From positions 1-24,023 of the IMG/VR virus record IMGVR_UViG_3300025828_000194: DNA of 24,023 nt. One strand, written 5' to 3'. The DNA is from a virus (Duplodnaviria; Caudoviricetes). Positions 1-7,189 of this stretch are shown in pieces. Both the position numbers and the translations under genes were made by a program. The notes beneath the pieces are model-generated. The model did not search any database, was not told the origin of the DNA, and saw only the letters and a list, made by a program, of their open reading frames with translations. Each line of letters begins with the position of its first letter. Position 1 is the first letter of the stretch.

Positions 1-1
1 A

Positions 2-712
2 AAAATGTTTGCAGGAATCGTAGTCCAGGATGCGTGTGACAAGATACTGCTGCAGAATAAGGACCCAGGTTTTGTCTTTGACCTGGCGCTGCAGAAGTAC
101 ATGGAGTACGAACCCAGGGATTGGGACAACGGCGTTGATGCGGAAGACTGGAGTAACTGCCAGGGCAAGCTGGTCGATGTCATACGCTGCAGCGTTGAAG
201 GTTTGCGTGAAGCGATGAGTCAGGCCGACAGTGTGTTTGGTGAGACCGATCTCAAAGGATGCTTGCCTGGCAACCAGGTTGAACACTTCAACAAGCCTGA
301 CTATGTAGGCTGCGGAGATCTCAAGACCAAGTGGCCGAAGCGCAACACCAGGACAAAGAAAGGATTCTCTGAGGCGTCGCTGCCGAAAGATCTATCAGGC
401 ATGTTCGATATGAACAACGTGTACCAGGTTGCTGGCGGCTGGTGGATCAACGGTAAGAAACCTGTCTGGCTGCTTTACTCGAACGGGAACGACTACACAA
501 TCCTGAGCGAGAAAAACTGCGAGCAGCTGCAGCCTGAGTACCTGGAGCAAATCGTTGCTGAGACCTCACGCATGCATAAGCTGACTGAGAAGATGCTCAA
601 GGCTTCGGAAACTAAAGAGGAGCTGCTTGAATGGGTAGTGCCTAACTTTGACGACCTGGCCTGGAAGGAGCCGCCTGGCTACCTTGAAGAAGCACGAAGG
701 ATTTTCAGGTGA
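2..712 (+). CDS. PD-(D/E)XK-family exonuclease (RecB/lambda-exo-like), probably 5'-truncated by the window
   Basis: KPDYVGCGDLKTKW gives the PD...(D/E)xK motif, followed by a YQVAG helix motif. The frame is open to the window edge (ATG at 5, no room for an RBS). It lies just upstream of an ERF gene. Confidence 0.65.
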   Translation, partial: KMFAGIVVQDACDKILLQNKDPGFVFDLALQKYMEYEPRDWDNGVDAEDWSNCQGKLVDVIRCSVEGLREAMSQADSVFGETDLKGCLPGNQVEHFNKPDYVGCGDLKTKWPKRNTRTKKGFSEASLPKDLSGMFDMNNVYQVAGGWWINGKKPVWLLYSNGNDYTILSEKNCEQLQPEYLEQIVAETSRMHKLTEKMLKASETKEELLEWVVPNFDDLAWKEPPGYLEEARRIFR

Positions 713-936
713 TAGTCAACTTTGGTGAGAAAAATAAAACTTGGCAAGATCAGCACACTCCAGAGCAATGGGAAAAGATTTATGCCAGGAGAAAAGAAAT
801 AGTGCGGCGGAAAGACGCTGGCGAAACAGCTACATCGATTGCCAAAAGTTTAGGTATATCGAGGGAGCGCGTTCACCAAATCTATTGGAAACAAAAGAGG
901 GGAATTTATGATGCAAACATCAGAAAACTTGACTGA
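709..936 (+). CDS. Small helix-turn-helix DNA-binding protein (sigma70 region 4-like)
   Basis: GETATSIAKSLGISRERVHQI is a typical HTH; the GTG start overlaps the upstream TGA (GTGA). Confidence 0.75.
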   Translation: MIVNFGEKNKTWQDQHTPEQWEKIYARRKEIVRRKDAGETATSIAKSLGISRERVHQIYWKQKRGIYDANIRKLD

Positions 937-1651
937 GCTTGGAGCTGCATTGAGCGCGTTCCAGGGCGAAGTCAACAACGTGGCTAAGGATAAAGATGGC
1001 CACAACTACAAGTACGCAGATCTTGCTGCAATCTTGCATGAGGTGAGACCGCTGCTTAAAAAGCATGGCTTGTCTGTCATCCAGATGCCTGGTCATTCAA
1101 GCACTGGCGTAACTGTATCGACCATGCTGCTGCACTCATCAGGACAATGGGTGATGTCAGAGACGCAGCTGCCGATGGAGACTGCAGCCAGGATGTCAGC
1201 AGCGCAGCAAGCTGGTAGCGTGATTACCTACGCTCGACGCTATGCTCTCGCTGCAGCCTTGGGTATTGCCCAGGAAGATGACGATGCTGCGAAGCCTGAG
1301 AGCGGCTGGGAAACTGCGAACAAAGTCGTAAAGGCTGCGCAAACAGCAAAGCCAAAACATGACTGGCCTGGTTTCTGTAAGGCAGGAAAAGATAAGATCA
1401 AAGTGTTCAGCACTGAAGGTCAGCTGCGCGCCTGGGCAGAAGAGAACGACGATCAGCTGCAGACCCTGGCGGTCCAGGACAATGCGCTGTACCAGGATCT
1501 ACTGTCAGCGTGGAAGGAGCGCAAGACTTTCCTGGAGAACCATCCGCAACCAGCGGTTACAACAGGCAGCGAGCCTGATCCAAACCCAGCAGATGTACTT
1601 GCAGATCTCAAAAAGAAAGCAGGTATATCAGACGAAGAGATTCCATTCTAA
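911..1651 (+). CDS. ERF-family single-strand annealing protein (recombinase)
   Basis: Motifs YKYADLAAIL, LKKHGLSVIQ, TMLLHSSGQW and QQAGSVITYARRYALAAALGIAQEDDDA. GAGGGG RBS before tandem ATGs at 908/911. Confidence 0.92.
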   Translation: MQTSENLTELGAALSAFQGEVNNVAKDKDGHNYKYADLAAILHEVRPLLKKHGLSVIQMPGHSSTGVTVSTMLLHSSGQWVMSETQLPMETAARMSAAQQAGSVITYARRYALAAALGIAQEDDDAAKPESGWETANKVVKAAQTAKPKHDWPGFCKAGKDKIKVFSTEGQLRAWAEENDDQLQTLAVQDNALYQDLLSAWKERKTFLENHPQPAVTTGSEPDPNPADVLADLKKKAGISDEEIPF

Positions 1652-1662
1652 GGAGAACCACA

Positions 1663-1992
1663 ATGGCAAAACCACAACTCGGTAACGCAACAGTTACATT
1701 CAAAGAAACGATCCTCCCAGCCAAAGAGTACAGGCTGAGCGGATTCCTCCAGTTCAACAACGGTTGGGACGACCAGGCTAACCGCCCGGTGCCAATGACT
1801 GCCGACCAGGAAGCAGTCGTTGCTAACATCCACAAGCAGATGCTTGCTGCTGGCATCGAGCTGCAGGTTACGATCCAGGAAAAAGCTGGGGATGACTATC
1901 GGAACTGGAAGATTGTCGGACGGCCAAAGCTGCATGTGAATCAACCAGAGCAGCAAGCTGCACCTGCTGCGAGATCAGGAGATTTCTCGTGA
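1663..1992 (+). CDS. Hypothetical protein, possibly ssDNA-binding (from position after ERF)
   Basis: AAGGAG RBS, 109 aa, beta-rich core with a low-complexity C-terminal tail. Function is inferred from context only. Confidence 0.6.
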   Translation: MAKPQLGNATVTFKETILPAKEYRLSGFLQFNNGWDDQANRPVPMTADQEAVVANIHKQMLAAGIELQVTIQEKAGDDYRNWKIVGRPKLHVNQPEQQAAPAARSGDFS

Positions 1993-2138
1993 GCGCTGGG
2001 TCAATGGCTGACACGATCAGGCAATGGTGTAAATCTTTGAAGAGTGAAAACGAATTGAACAAGAGATACACCAGGTCGAAAAGTAAATTTAGTCGTAGCC
2101 CTAGATTTAGGGTTGGGGGTAAAATGAAATCCGAGTAG
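1989..2138 (+). CDS. Small basic hypothetical protein (49 aa, MSAGSMADTIRQWCKSLKSENELNKRYTRSKSKFSRSPRFRVGGKMKSE)
   Basis: Not in the ORF track. The GTG overlaps the upstream TGA (GTGA), AGGAGA lies just upstream, and the ORF ends at the hairpin cluster. Confidence 0.6.
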   Translation: MSAGSMADTIRQWCKSLKSENELNKRYTRSKSKFSRSPRFRVGGKMKSE

Positions 2139-2172
2139 CTCATCGCTATTCATCCTTCACCCCGAAGGACCT

Positions 2173-2206
2173 GGGCAGCTGTGTTCCCTCGCGGCTGCCC
2201 TTTTTT
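2173..2206 (+). terminator. Rho-independent terminator at the convergence of the two operons
   Basis: GGGCAGCTGTG-TTCCCT-CGCGGCTGCCC forms an 11-bp stem with two G-U pairs, followed by TTTTTT. Confidence 0.85.
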
Positions 2207-2501
2207 ATGCCTTCGATTTGTTTCGATTAGAGATTGCTGCTGCCTTCTTCTTGGCGTCAGCTTTGCTGCTTGCTCCCCAGGCACGAAGCGATAGCAGCAG
2301 CCTGGTTGGTTCGCCTTTGCTATCGCGTTCCGGTCCAGGCATGCCGCCCATCCTAGCCAGGAAGCTAGCGCGTCGAGGATTGTCGCCAGACTTTACTGGG
2401 GCCTTCAAAGTTCCGCCCTTATAAGACGCCCGGCCCTTGGCATTGAGTCCGCCCTTGGGATTCTTGCCTTCCTTGCGCTGCCAAGCTGGAGACTTAGCCA
2501 T
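2205..2501 (-). CDS. Small highly basic phage protein (DUF6321-like)
   Basis: MAKSPAWQRKEGKNPKGGLNAKGRAS...RRASFLARMGGMPGP...SLRAWG is a recurrent phage family recognised from memory. Start reassigned to ATG 2501, which overlaps the end of the upstream small ORF. Confidence 0.8.
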   Translation of the reverse strand: MAKSPAWQRKEGKNPKGGLNAKGRASYKGGTLKAPVKSGDNPRRASFLARMGGMPGPERDSKGEPTRLLLSLRAWGASSKADAKKKAAAISNRNKSKA

Positions 2502-2634
2502 CTTTCTTGGCCTTAAATCCACCAGCTTTGCGCTTCATCAACGAATAAGTCTTGTCACTGATCGTTGACTTGCTCTTTGGCCTGGATGTCCCAGCCTTTT
2601 TCCTGGCGTTGATGTTGTCGTACAGTCCACGCAT
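2494..2634 (-). CDS. Small basic phage protein (46 aa, MRGLYDNINARKKAGTSRPKSKSTISDKTYSLMKRKAGGFKAKKDG)
   Basis: Not in the ORF track. TAATG coupling to the upstream ORF; the GLYxNINARKKAGTSR motif recurs in aquatic phages. Confidence 0.8.
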   Translation of the reverse strand: MRGLYDNINARKKAGTSRPKSKSTISDKTYSLMKRKAGGFKAKKDG

Positions 2635-2756
2635 TACTTCTTCCCCTGCTTCTCCACTTTCTGCAAGGTCCCATAGACATACGCTTTTTTGCGCTCGCCT
2701 TTGAGACCCATCTTCGATGCTCGACGCATTAAACTTTCATGCAGCTGCTTCGGCAT
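2634..2756 (-). CDS. Small basic phage protein (40 aa, MPKQLHESLMRRASKMGLKGERKKAYVYGTLQKVEKQGKK)
   Basis: Not in the ORF track. It starts 1 nt after the lysozyme stop with GGAGA upstream, and its stop overlaps the next ATG, filling the gap exactly. Confidence 0.75.
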   Translation of the reverse strand: MPKQLHESLMRRASKMGLKGERKKAYVYGTLQKVEKQGKK

Positions 2757-2757
2757 A

Positions 2758-3180
2758 TCAGATCTCCAGGCTATCCTCAACCATTGCTGTAGCCAGGCGT
2801 GTAGCTCGCTGCCCTACCTGGTCTGCCCACCTAGAATCTAACATTTGCGCTGCGCACTCTTCCCAATTCTGTTCTTCAGCAGCTGCGATCATGTTCTTGA
2901 AATTTAGGAATCGACTGATGCCCAGGTTAAAAACCATATCAACAAAGATGCGCTGCCTAACTTCGCTCATGTCTCTCCACCACGGGAGGTTGTTGTCCAG
3001 TTCCTTCGTCACTCGCAGGATGTCGTTGTCCAGGAGGTACCTGGCTTCGTCTTCGGTGATGCCTAACTCTTCTACGTTGCGCCCGACCCCGAGCGTTATG
3101 AATCCTGCACTGCATTGGTAACTCTTTAGCTCCAGTCCTTCGTGTAGTATCAGCTGATCTTTCAGTTTATCTACGTCCAT
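2758..3180 (-). CDS. Endolysin, T4-lysozyme-like (GH24) muramidase
   Basis: HEGLELKSYQCSAGFITLGVGRN gives E-x8-C-x5-T; also DMVFNLG and MLDSRWADQVGQRATRL. Start chosen by GAGGT spacing (3186 is the alternative). Confidence 0.92.
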   Translation of the reverse strand: MDVDKLKDQLILHEGLELKSYQCSAGFITLGVGRNVEELGITEDEARYLLDNDILRVTKELDNNLPWWRDMSEVRQRIFVDMVFNLGISRFLNFKNMIAAAEEQNWEECAAQMLDSRWADQVGQRATRLATAMVEDSLEI

Positions 3181-3195
3181 ATCCATATACCTCAC

Positions 3196-3591
3196 TTACT
3201 TCGTTAACCCCTTTGCTTTCTCAAAAGATCGCATACCACCAAGCCCCAGCATACCGAGAAGTACAGTCATCAGCGAGTCCATATCGAACGCAGGTAACTC
3301 AGGTATTTCTGCACCAAACCAAGCAACTCCAAATACAATGAATGGAGCAAGCACAAAGTGATATGCCAGCGCGATTCCGCAGACCCATCCGATGAATGGT
3401 CTCCATCCTGCGACGAAGATTGATCGATGCTGGGCTTCTGCCTTGTTGACTTCAACTTGAGCCATAGCTGCTTCATGTGCAGCCTTCTCAGCCATCGTTG
3501 CAATCTCGTGAGCCATTGCATTTTTGGCATCCTTATCTTCGACGAACTTATCAAGCAGTCCGGTTACTGGTCCTATCAATGCTTGTATCAT
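3196..3591 (-). CDS. Holin (3TM 'gene-transfer release' holin type)
   Basis: VNKAEAQHRSIFVAGWRPFIGWVCG...LLGMLGLGGMRSFEK; adjacent to the endolysin; AGGGAG RBS before ATG 3591. Confidence 0.85.
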   Translation of the reverse strand: MIQALIGPVTGLLDKFVEDKDAKNAMAHEIATMAEKAAHEAAMAQVEVNKAEAQHRSIFVAGWRPFIGWVCGIALAYHFVLAPFIVFGVAWFGAEIPELPAFDMDSLMTVLLGMLGLGGMRSFEKAKGLTK

Positions 3592-3712
3592 TGGTCTTCT
3601 CCCTTGTCTTCCGACCACATTTGTCGCACTTGACGACAGGCCGAAATAATAACTTTGATCCGCATCCTGTGTGGTACATCCCCTCTTTAAAGACGTACTC
3701 GCAGACTTTCAT
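3551..3712 (-). CDS. Small four-cysteine (zinc-ribbon-like) protein, 53 aa
   Basis: Not in the ORF track. MKVCEYVFKEGMYHTGCGSKLLFRPVVKCDKCGRK gives C-x12-C-x11-CxxC. TGATG coupling and AAGGA RBS. Confidence 0.65.
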   Translation of the reverse strand: MKVCEYVFKEGMYHTGCGSKLLFRPVVKCDKCGRKTREKTNDTSIDRTSNRTA

Positions 3713-3789
3713 CAGTCATCCTTTGGCGGAATATTCATAATTCCCCAAATAGCCAAGACCGCTAAAATCAGTGCGGCTACGAATTCCAT
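3712..3789 (-). CDS. 25-aa single-pass membrane peptide (MEFVAALILAVLAIWGIMNIPPKDD)
   Basis: Not in the ORF track. TAATG overlap upstream and TGATG overlap downstream; one hydrophobic helix with a polar tail. Confidence 0.6.
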   Translation of the reverse strand: MEFVAALILAVLAIWGIMNIPPKDD

Positions 3790-4106
3790 TAGCTAGCCTT
3801 CTTCGATGCGATTGCTGTACTGCCAAAGAAAGCGGATACAAGGACAGCGATTGAGGCGAAATAAGTGGGAGCTATGTCAGCGATCAATCCCGCCGCTGTA
3901 GCAAGTCCAAATAGATCACATAGAAAAATACCAAAGGGATACAGCAGTAGGCCAAATAGCGCGAACCACGCCATCTTCCTGATCGAATCACGCTGCGCAT
4001 CCTCATCTTCCATCTTACGGCGGCGATCCTCCAGTTCAATAACAGCAAGCTCATCCGGATCGAGAACGCCATTCCCGTTCTTGTCATACTTTTCTAGCTC
4101 CGTCAT
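3789..4106 (-). CDS. EF-hand-containing two-TM membrane protein (holin/antiholin-like)
   Basis: DKNGNGVLDPDE is a canonical 12-residue EF-hand loop; two hydrophobic helices; basic C-terminus; ATGA coupling with a GGAGG RBS. Confidence 0.75.
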   Translation of the reverse strand: MTELEKYDKNGNGVLDPDELAVIELEDRRRKMEDEDAQRDSIRKMAWFALFGLLLYPFGIFLCDLFGLATAAGLIADIAPTYFASIAVLVSAFFGSTAIASKKAS

Positions 4107-4819
4107 ACATAGTCCTCCAATAGTACAGCGCCCATGTATATGGACAATTCGTTTTCACCGCTGCTGCTCTTCGCTTCAATCAAGAAGTCTGTCTTTTCAC
4201 GCACAATGAATGGCACTCGCAGATTAAAGTATACGTCCTGTTGGAAAGTAGATTGCCAGAACCTGTTCTCTACGCCAGTGCTGCTGATGATTGATCCTCG
4301 CGCAGTCATATACTTGTTTGGGTTGACCGTCCCAGAGTTGAATGTGACTTGGTGTATATATAGGGATCGCCCGGCAGGGACCGTGTAGAAAGTTGTTTGG
4401 TGAGTCCCTAGGTCAGGACCGATATAAGCGTATACGGTCCCAGAGTTGCTGATGGATATTGCGCCAACGTTGACTCCTGCTAATGTCCTGGCTGCGTTGA
4501 TTCGGTAAAACTGATTTGTTGTCGTCACCGGAGTTGTGCCGCTGAGCTGCACAATATCGTAGATTTCCTCGTAATCCTCATCCAGGCCAGAGATCAGGAT
4601 TGTTTGAGTATCGTCGGCAGACGTAGAGACGCAGCTCATGGTCAGCGCCTGGCTAGGGTAAACGTACTGACCACCGCCGTTGTTCCAGATTGTTTCGTAT
4701 GTTGTGCTGACAGCAGGATTGAATCCAAAGAAGTGCAGCAGTTGCGCAGATGAATCGCGCTGCTGTCCAATCTCAAGCATGGCGTCAGGGCTGTTGATCT
4801 CTCGCCTAAAGTAAGCCAT
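4103..4819 (-). CDS. Conserved hypothetical phage protein (beta-rich, possibly virion-associated)
   Basis: 238-aa ORF in the operon; FGFNPAVSTTYETIW...YVYP...GLDEDY...YTVPAG motifs are familiar from aquatic phage proteins. Confidence 0.7.
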   Translation of the reverse strand: MAYFRREINSPDAMLEIGQQRDSSAQLLHFFGFNPAVSTTYETIWNNGGGQYVYPSQALTMSCVSTSADDTQTILISGLDEDYEEIYDIVQLSGTTPVTTTNQFYRINAARTLAGVNVGAISISNSGTVYAYIGPDLGTHQTTFYTVPAGRSLYIHQVTFNSGTVNPNKYMTARGSIISSTGVENRFWQSTFQQDVYFNLRVPFIVREKTDFLIEAKSSSGENELSIYMGAVLLEDYV

Positions 4820-4822
4820 CAG

Positions 4823-5281
4823 TTACCTGCCCCGTAAAGATATAAGCCAAAGTAAAAGGGCCACGGCCCCGCCCACCACACCGAGAACAGCAATGCCGAC
4901 AGCAGTATAAAGAAATCCATTCTGTATGGCCTTTTTCTTAGCCAGTTTGCGAGCCTGTTCACGCTCAATCTCTTTCTTCTTTAGAGCCTTGCGATTTTCC
5001 ATGAACTTCTGATAGTCATCCCAAAGTCCTGCGCGACCCTGGTAGATAAACATCTGTTTGATCTCAGCTTCTTTGTTGCGGATATCTTCTAGCGCAAAGA
5101 AGGCATCCATATCACCATCCTTTGCTTTCTTCTCAATCTGCTCTTTTGAATCCGCTAGCTTGGTTAGCTCACCACCCATCTGACCAACAGACTGGATGTT
5201 GCCACACATCTCTTTGATCGCGCCTATGGCTTCATTGGCTGCCTTGATTGCGCTAATTGCCAGGCCGATCTCCGCTAACAT
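4823..5281 (-). CDS. Hypothetical coiled-coil protein with a C-terminal TM helix
   Basis: 152 aa; the ATG directly follows the upstream TAG; charged helical core and hydrophobic C-terminus. Confidence 0.7.
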   Translation of the reverse strand: MLAEIGLAISAIKAANEAIGAIKEMCGNIQSVGQMGGELTKLADSKEQIEKKAKDGDMDAFFALEDIRNKEAEIKQMFIYQGRAGLWDDYQKFMENRKALKKKEIEREQARKLAKKKAIQNGFLYTAVGIAVLGVVGGAVALLLWLISLRGR

Positions 5282-5476
5282 CTAGGTCACCTTCATCAGA
5301 ATCGCAACAAGCATGGCTATGATGCTCCCTGCTGCAGCAATCATCACGCCTTCGATGCGCTTAATGCGGAGGATGGTTTCCTTCCAGCGCTCACCGCACA
5401 CAGCTTCGTGCGCCTCCAGGCGTACCTCAATACTATCGATGCGCTTATGCGCTGAAGACACTGTGCGCTTGTCCAT
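5282..5476 (-). CDS. Small coiled-coil plus TM protein (XhlA/holin-accessory-like)
   Basis: RLEAHEAVCGERW...RIEGVMIAAAGSIIAMLVAIL; GAGG RBS. Confidence 0.7.
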   Translation of the reverse strand: MDKRTVSSAHKRIDSIEVRLEAHEAVCGERWKETILRIKRIEGVMIAAAGSIIAMLVAILMKVT

Positions 5477-5478
5477 TG

Positions 5479-6030
5479 TTAAACCTCATCAGGCCAGTCA
5501 TTGATTGGTGCGTTTCCGGTAGGATTACCGTCGGCATCTACTGGCGCATTATACAACGCCATGAACGCTGCGTGGTCAGCCGCGCCTGTGATCGCAGTTT
5601 CGATGGTATTCGATGCTGTACGCACTGCCGCACGATAGGTTGTGATATCAGCAGGGACAGTGTATCCAGATACCTCCGCCGCCTTGATAACCATCCAATC
5701 AGTCGGAGCAAGCAAGCCGCTAGCAGTCACTTTTGTCTGTGCGATAGCATTGCTCTTGAGTCCTTTAGTGACAACCTGAACACCGTCTTCATCCAGTACA
5801 GGATTGCCGTCCTCGTCTACTGCGTTGACATCATCCAGTGCCTTTGGAACTCCTGCACTCCAGTAGAAGCGATTGTCGAACGGTACAGGCTGTAAGTCCT
5901 GATTCCACACCAGACCTTTAGCGGCCTTCTCCTCGTCTGTCCAACGATTCCACTGTGCAGGGTGCTGTACACCTTCAGCGTCAGTCCACGCCCTGCCTTG
6001 TTTGATGACTCTTCCTAAGTAAGTCCACAT
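5479..6030 (-). CDS. Putative tail-fibre assembly chaperone-like protein
   Basis: LLAPTDWMVIK...YRAAVR...DWPDE resembles the 'L..sDW...YRq.LR...WP' chaperone pattern; follows the fibre genes; AGGAGA RBS. Confidence 0.7.
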   Translation of the reverse strand: MWTYLGRVIKQGRAWTDAEGVQHPAQWNRWTDEEKAAKGLVWNQDLQPVPFDNRFYWSAGVPKALDDVNAVDEDGNPVLDEDGVQVVTKGLKSNAIAQTKVTASGLLAPTDWMVIKAAEVSGYTVPADITTYRAAVRTASNTIETAITGAADHAAFMALYNAPVDADGNPTGNAPINDWPDEV

Positions 6031-6045
6031 TGTTTCTATCTCCTA

Positions 6046-7188
6046 TCAGCGAGCGTTGCTGTACTTAAATGGGTTTTCGGCAAAGGCCATGTAGATGTAT
6101 GTTCCTGACCCATCCCATACAGCATCTGCGTTTCGCAGTTTAAATCCGTTTGACAGAAAATCCACATCGTGCAGAGTACCTGTGTACTCAGTTAAACTGT
6201 CATTCGGATACAAAGTGTTTCGTGTTGGATTGATGGTGCTTCTGGTGCTGTCTTTCACGCCCCATTTGGCTGTACCTGAGTCGATGTTTTTACAAATAAT
6301 CATTGCGGGTCTAAAGCCTGTGTAGACAAAAGCATCTGACCCGCCTTCGTAACTGCCAAACTTGCTGAAGCCTTCAACGCTGTGGAAGCAGTACATGATG
6401 TAAGTGTTGGAGGTAGCGTTCATAAACGCATCTGTACCGTTCAGAGTTACAACAGAACCGTCTTGATCTGCCCAGTTGTAGTTAATACTAGCCGCATCGT
6501 TAGTGCCATTAAGATAAAGCCTGTTTACGTCAGGTGTAGTTACTGCCCAGTTATCTCCGCCAGTTCTACGCTTTACAATAACAACTTCAGGTGCGCTGTC
6601 TAAATGATGCGGGATTGAATGACCTGCCGTTCCATTCCCTGCATATCCAATGATTCCAAATCCAGAAATTGGGCTAACTGATCCAGTATAACTTTGGCTA
6701 GTACCTGACCCAGTAGTCGACCCTGATACAGATGTTCCTGCTTTCCAGTTCCAAGCAACGTATGTGCCACCTGATTGGTTAATGCCTTCTAGCGTGTGGC
6801 TTGGATCACTACCTTTCTGAACAGTAAATCCATCTGTTGTGAACGCATCAATGTCGCCAAAGTTTGTCCAAAATGACCCTGCTTCTGTCCTGCCTTCTTC
6901 TTGTGTTCCATTACTGGATAAAGCATTGAACGAACCGACACCACGAACAGCATCCAATAGCATATGGTCACTACCATTGCTCGATCCGTTTCTACGCTTA
7001 ATCCAAGAGAAGTCGGGTGTGAAGTTAATGTCACCTGTTACACCAGAGCCTCCTGTTTGAATAGTGCGTGTTGCGTTGTCGTCACCAGACCACAACAGTG
7101 TCCCAAAGTAATCCTCTGGACTACTTCCCTGTGCAGGGTCTATCGCAGGATCGGGTAGGTTGGCTGTACTGAGTGATTTAAAAGCCAT
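6046..7188 (-). CDS. Tail-associated beta-rich receptor-binding protein (second half of a split gene)
   Basis: Repeated PDFSWIKRR / HMLLDAVRG / YVAWNWKAG / YIMYCF / TGFRPA / YIYMAFAENPFKYSNAR modules. Start reassigned to ATG 7188, 1 nt after the upstream TGA. Confidence 0.8.
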   Translation of the reverse strand: MAFKSLSTANLPDPAIDPAQGSSPEDYFGTLLWSGDDNATRTIQTGGSGVTGDINFTPDFSWIKRRNGSSNGSDHMLLDAVRGVGSFNALSSNGTQEEGRTEAGSFWTNFGDIDAFTTDGFTVQKGSDPSHTLEGINQSGGTYVAWNWKAGTSVSGSTTGSGTSQSYTGSVSPISGFGIIGYAGNGTAGHSIPHHLDSAPEVVIVKRRTGGDNWAVTTPDVNRLYLNGTNDAASINYNWADQDGSVVTLNGTDAFMNATSNTYIMYCFHSVEGFSKFGSYEGGSDAFVYTGFRPAMIICKNIDSGTAKWGVKDSTRSTINPTRNTLYPNDSLTEYTGTLHDVDFLSNGFKLRNADAVWDGSGTYIYMAFAENPFKYSNAR

Positions 7189-7189
7189 A

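Noticed and set aside
2133-2206. tRNA or CRISPR interpretation of the hairpin cluster
   Set aside because: No acceptor stem, T-loop or repeat-spacer periodicity; no tRNA, rRNA or CRISPR array was recognised anywhere in the window.
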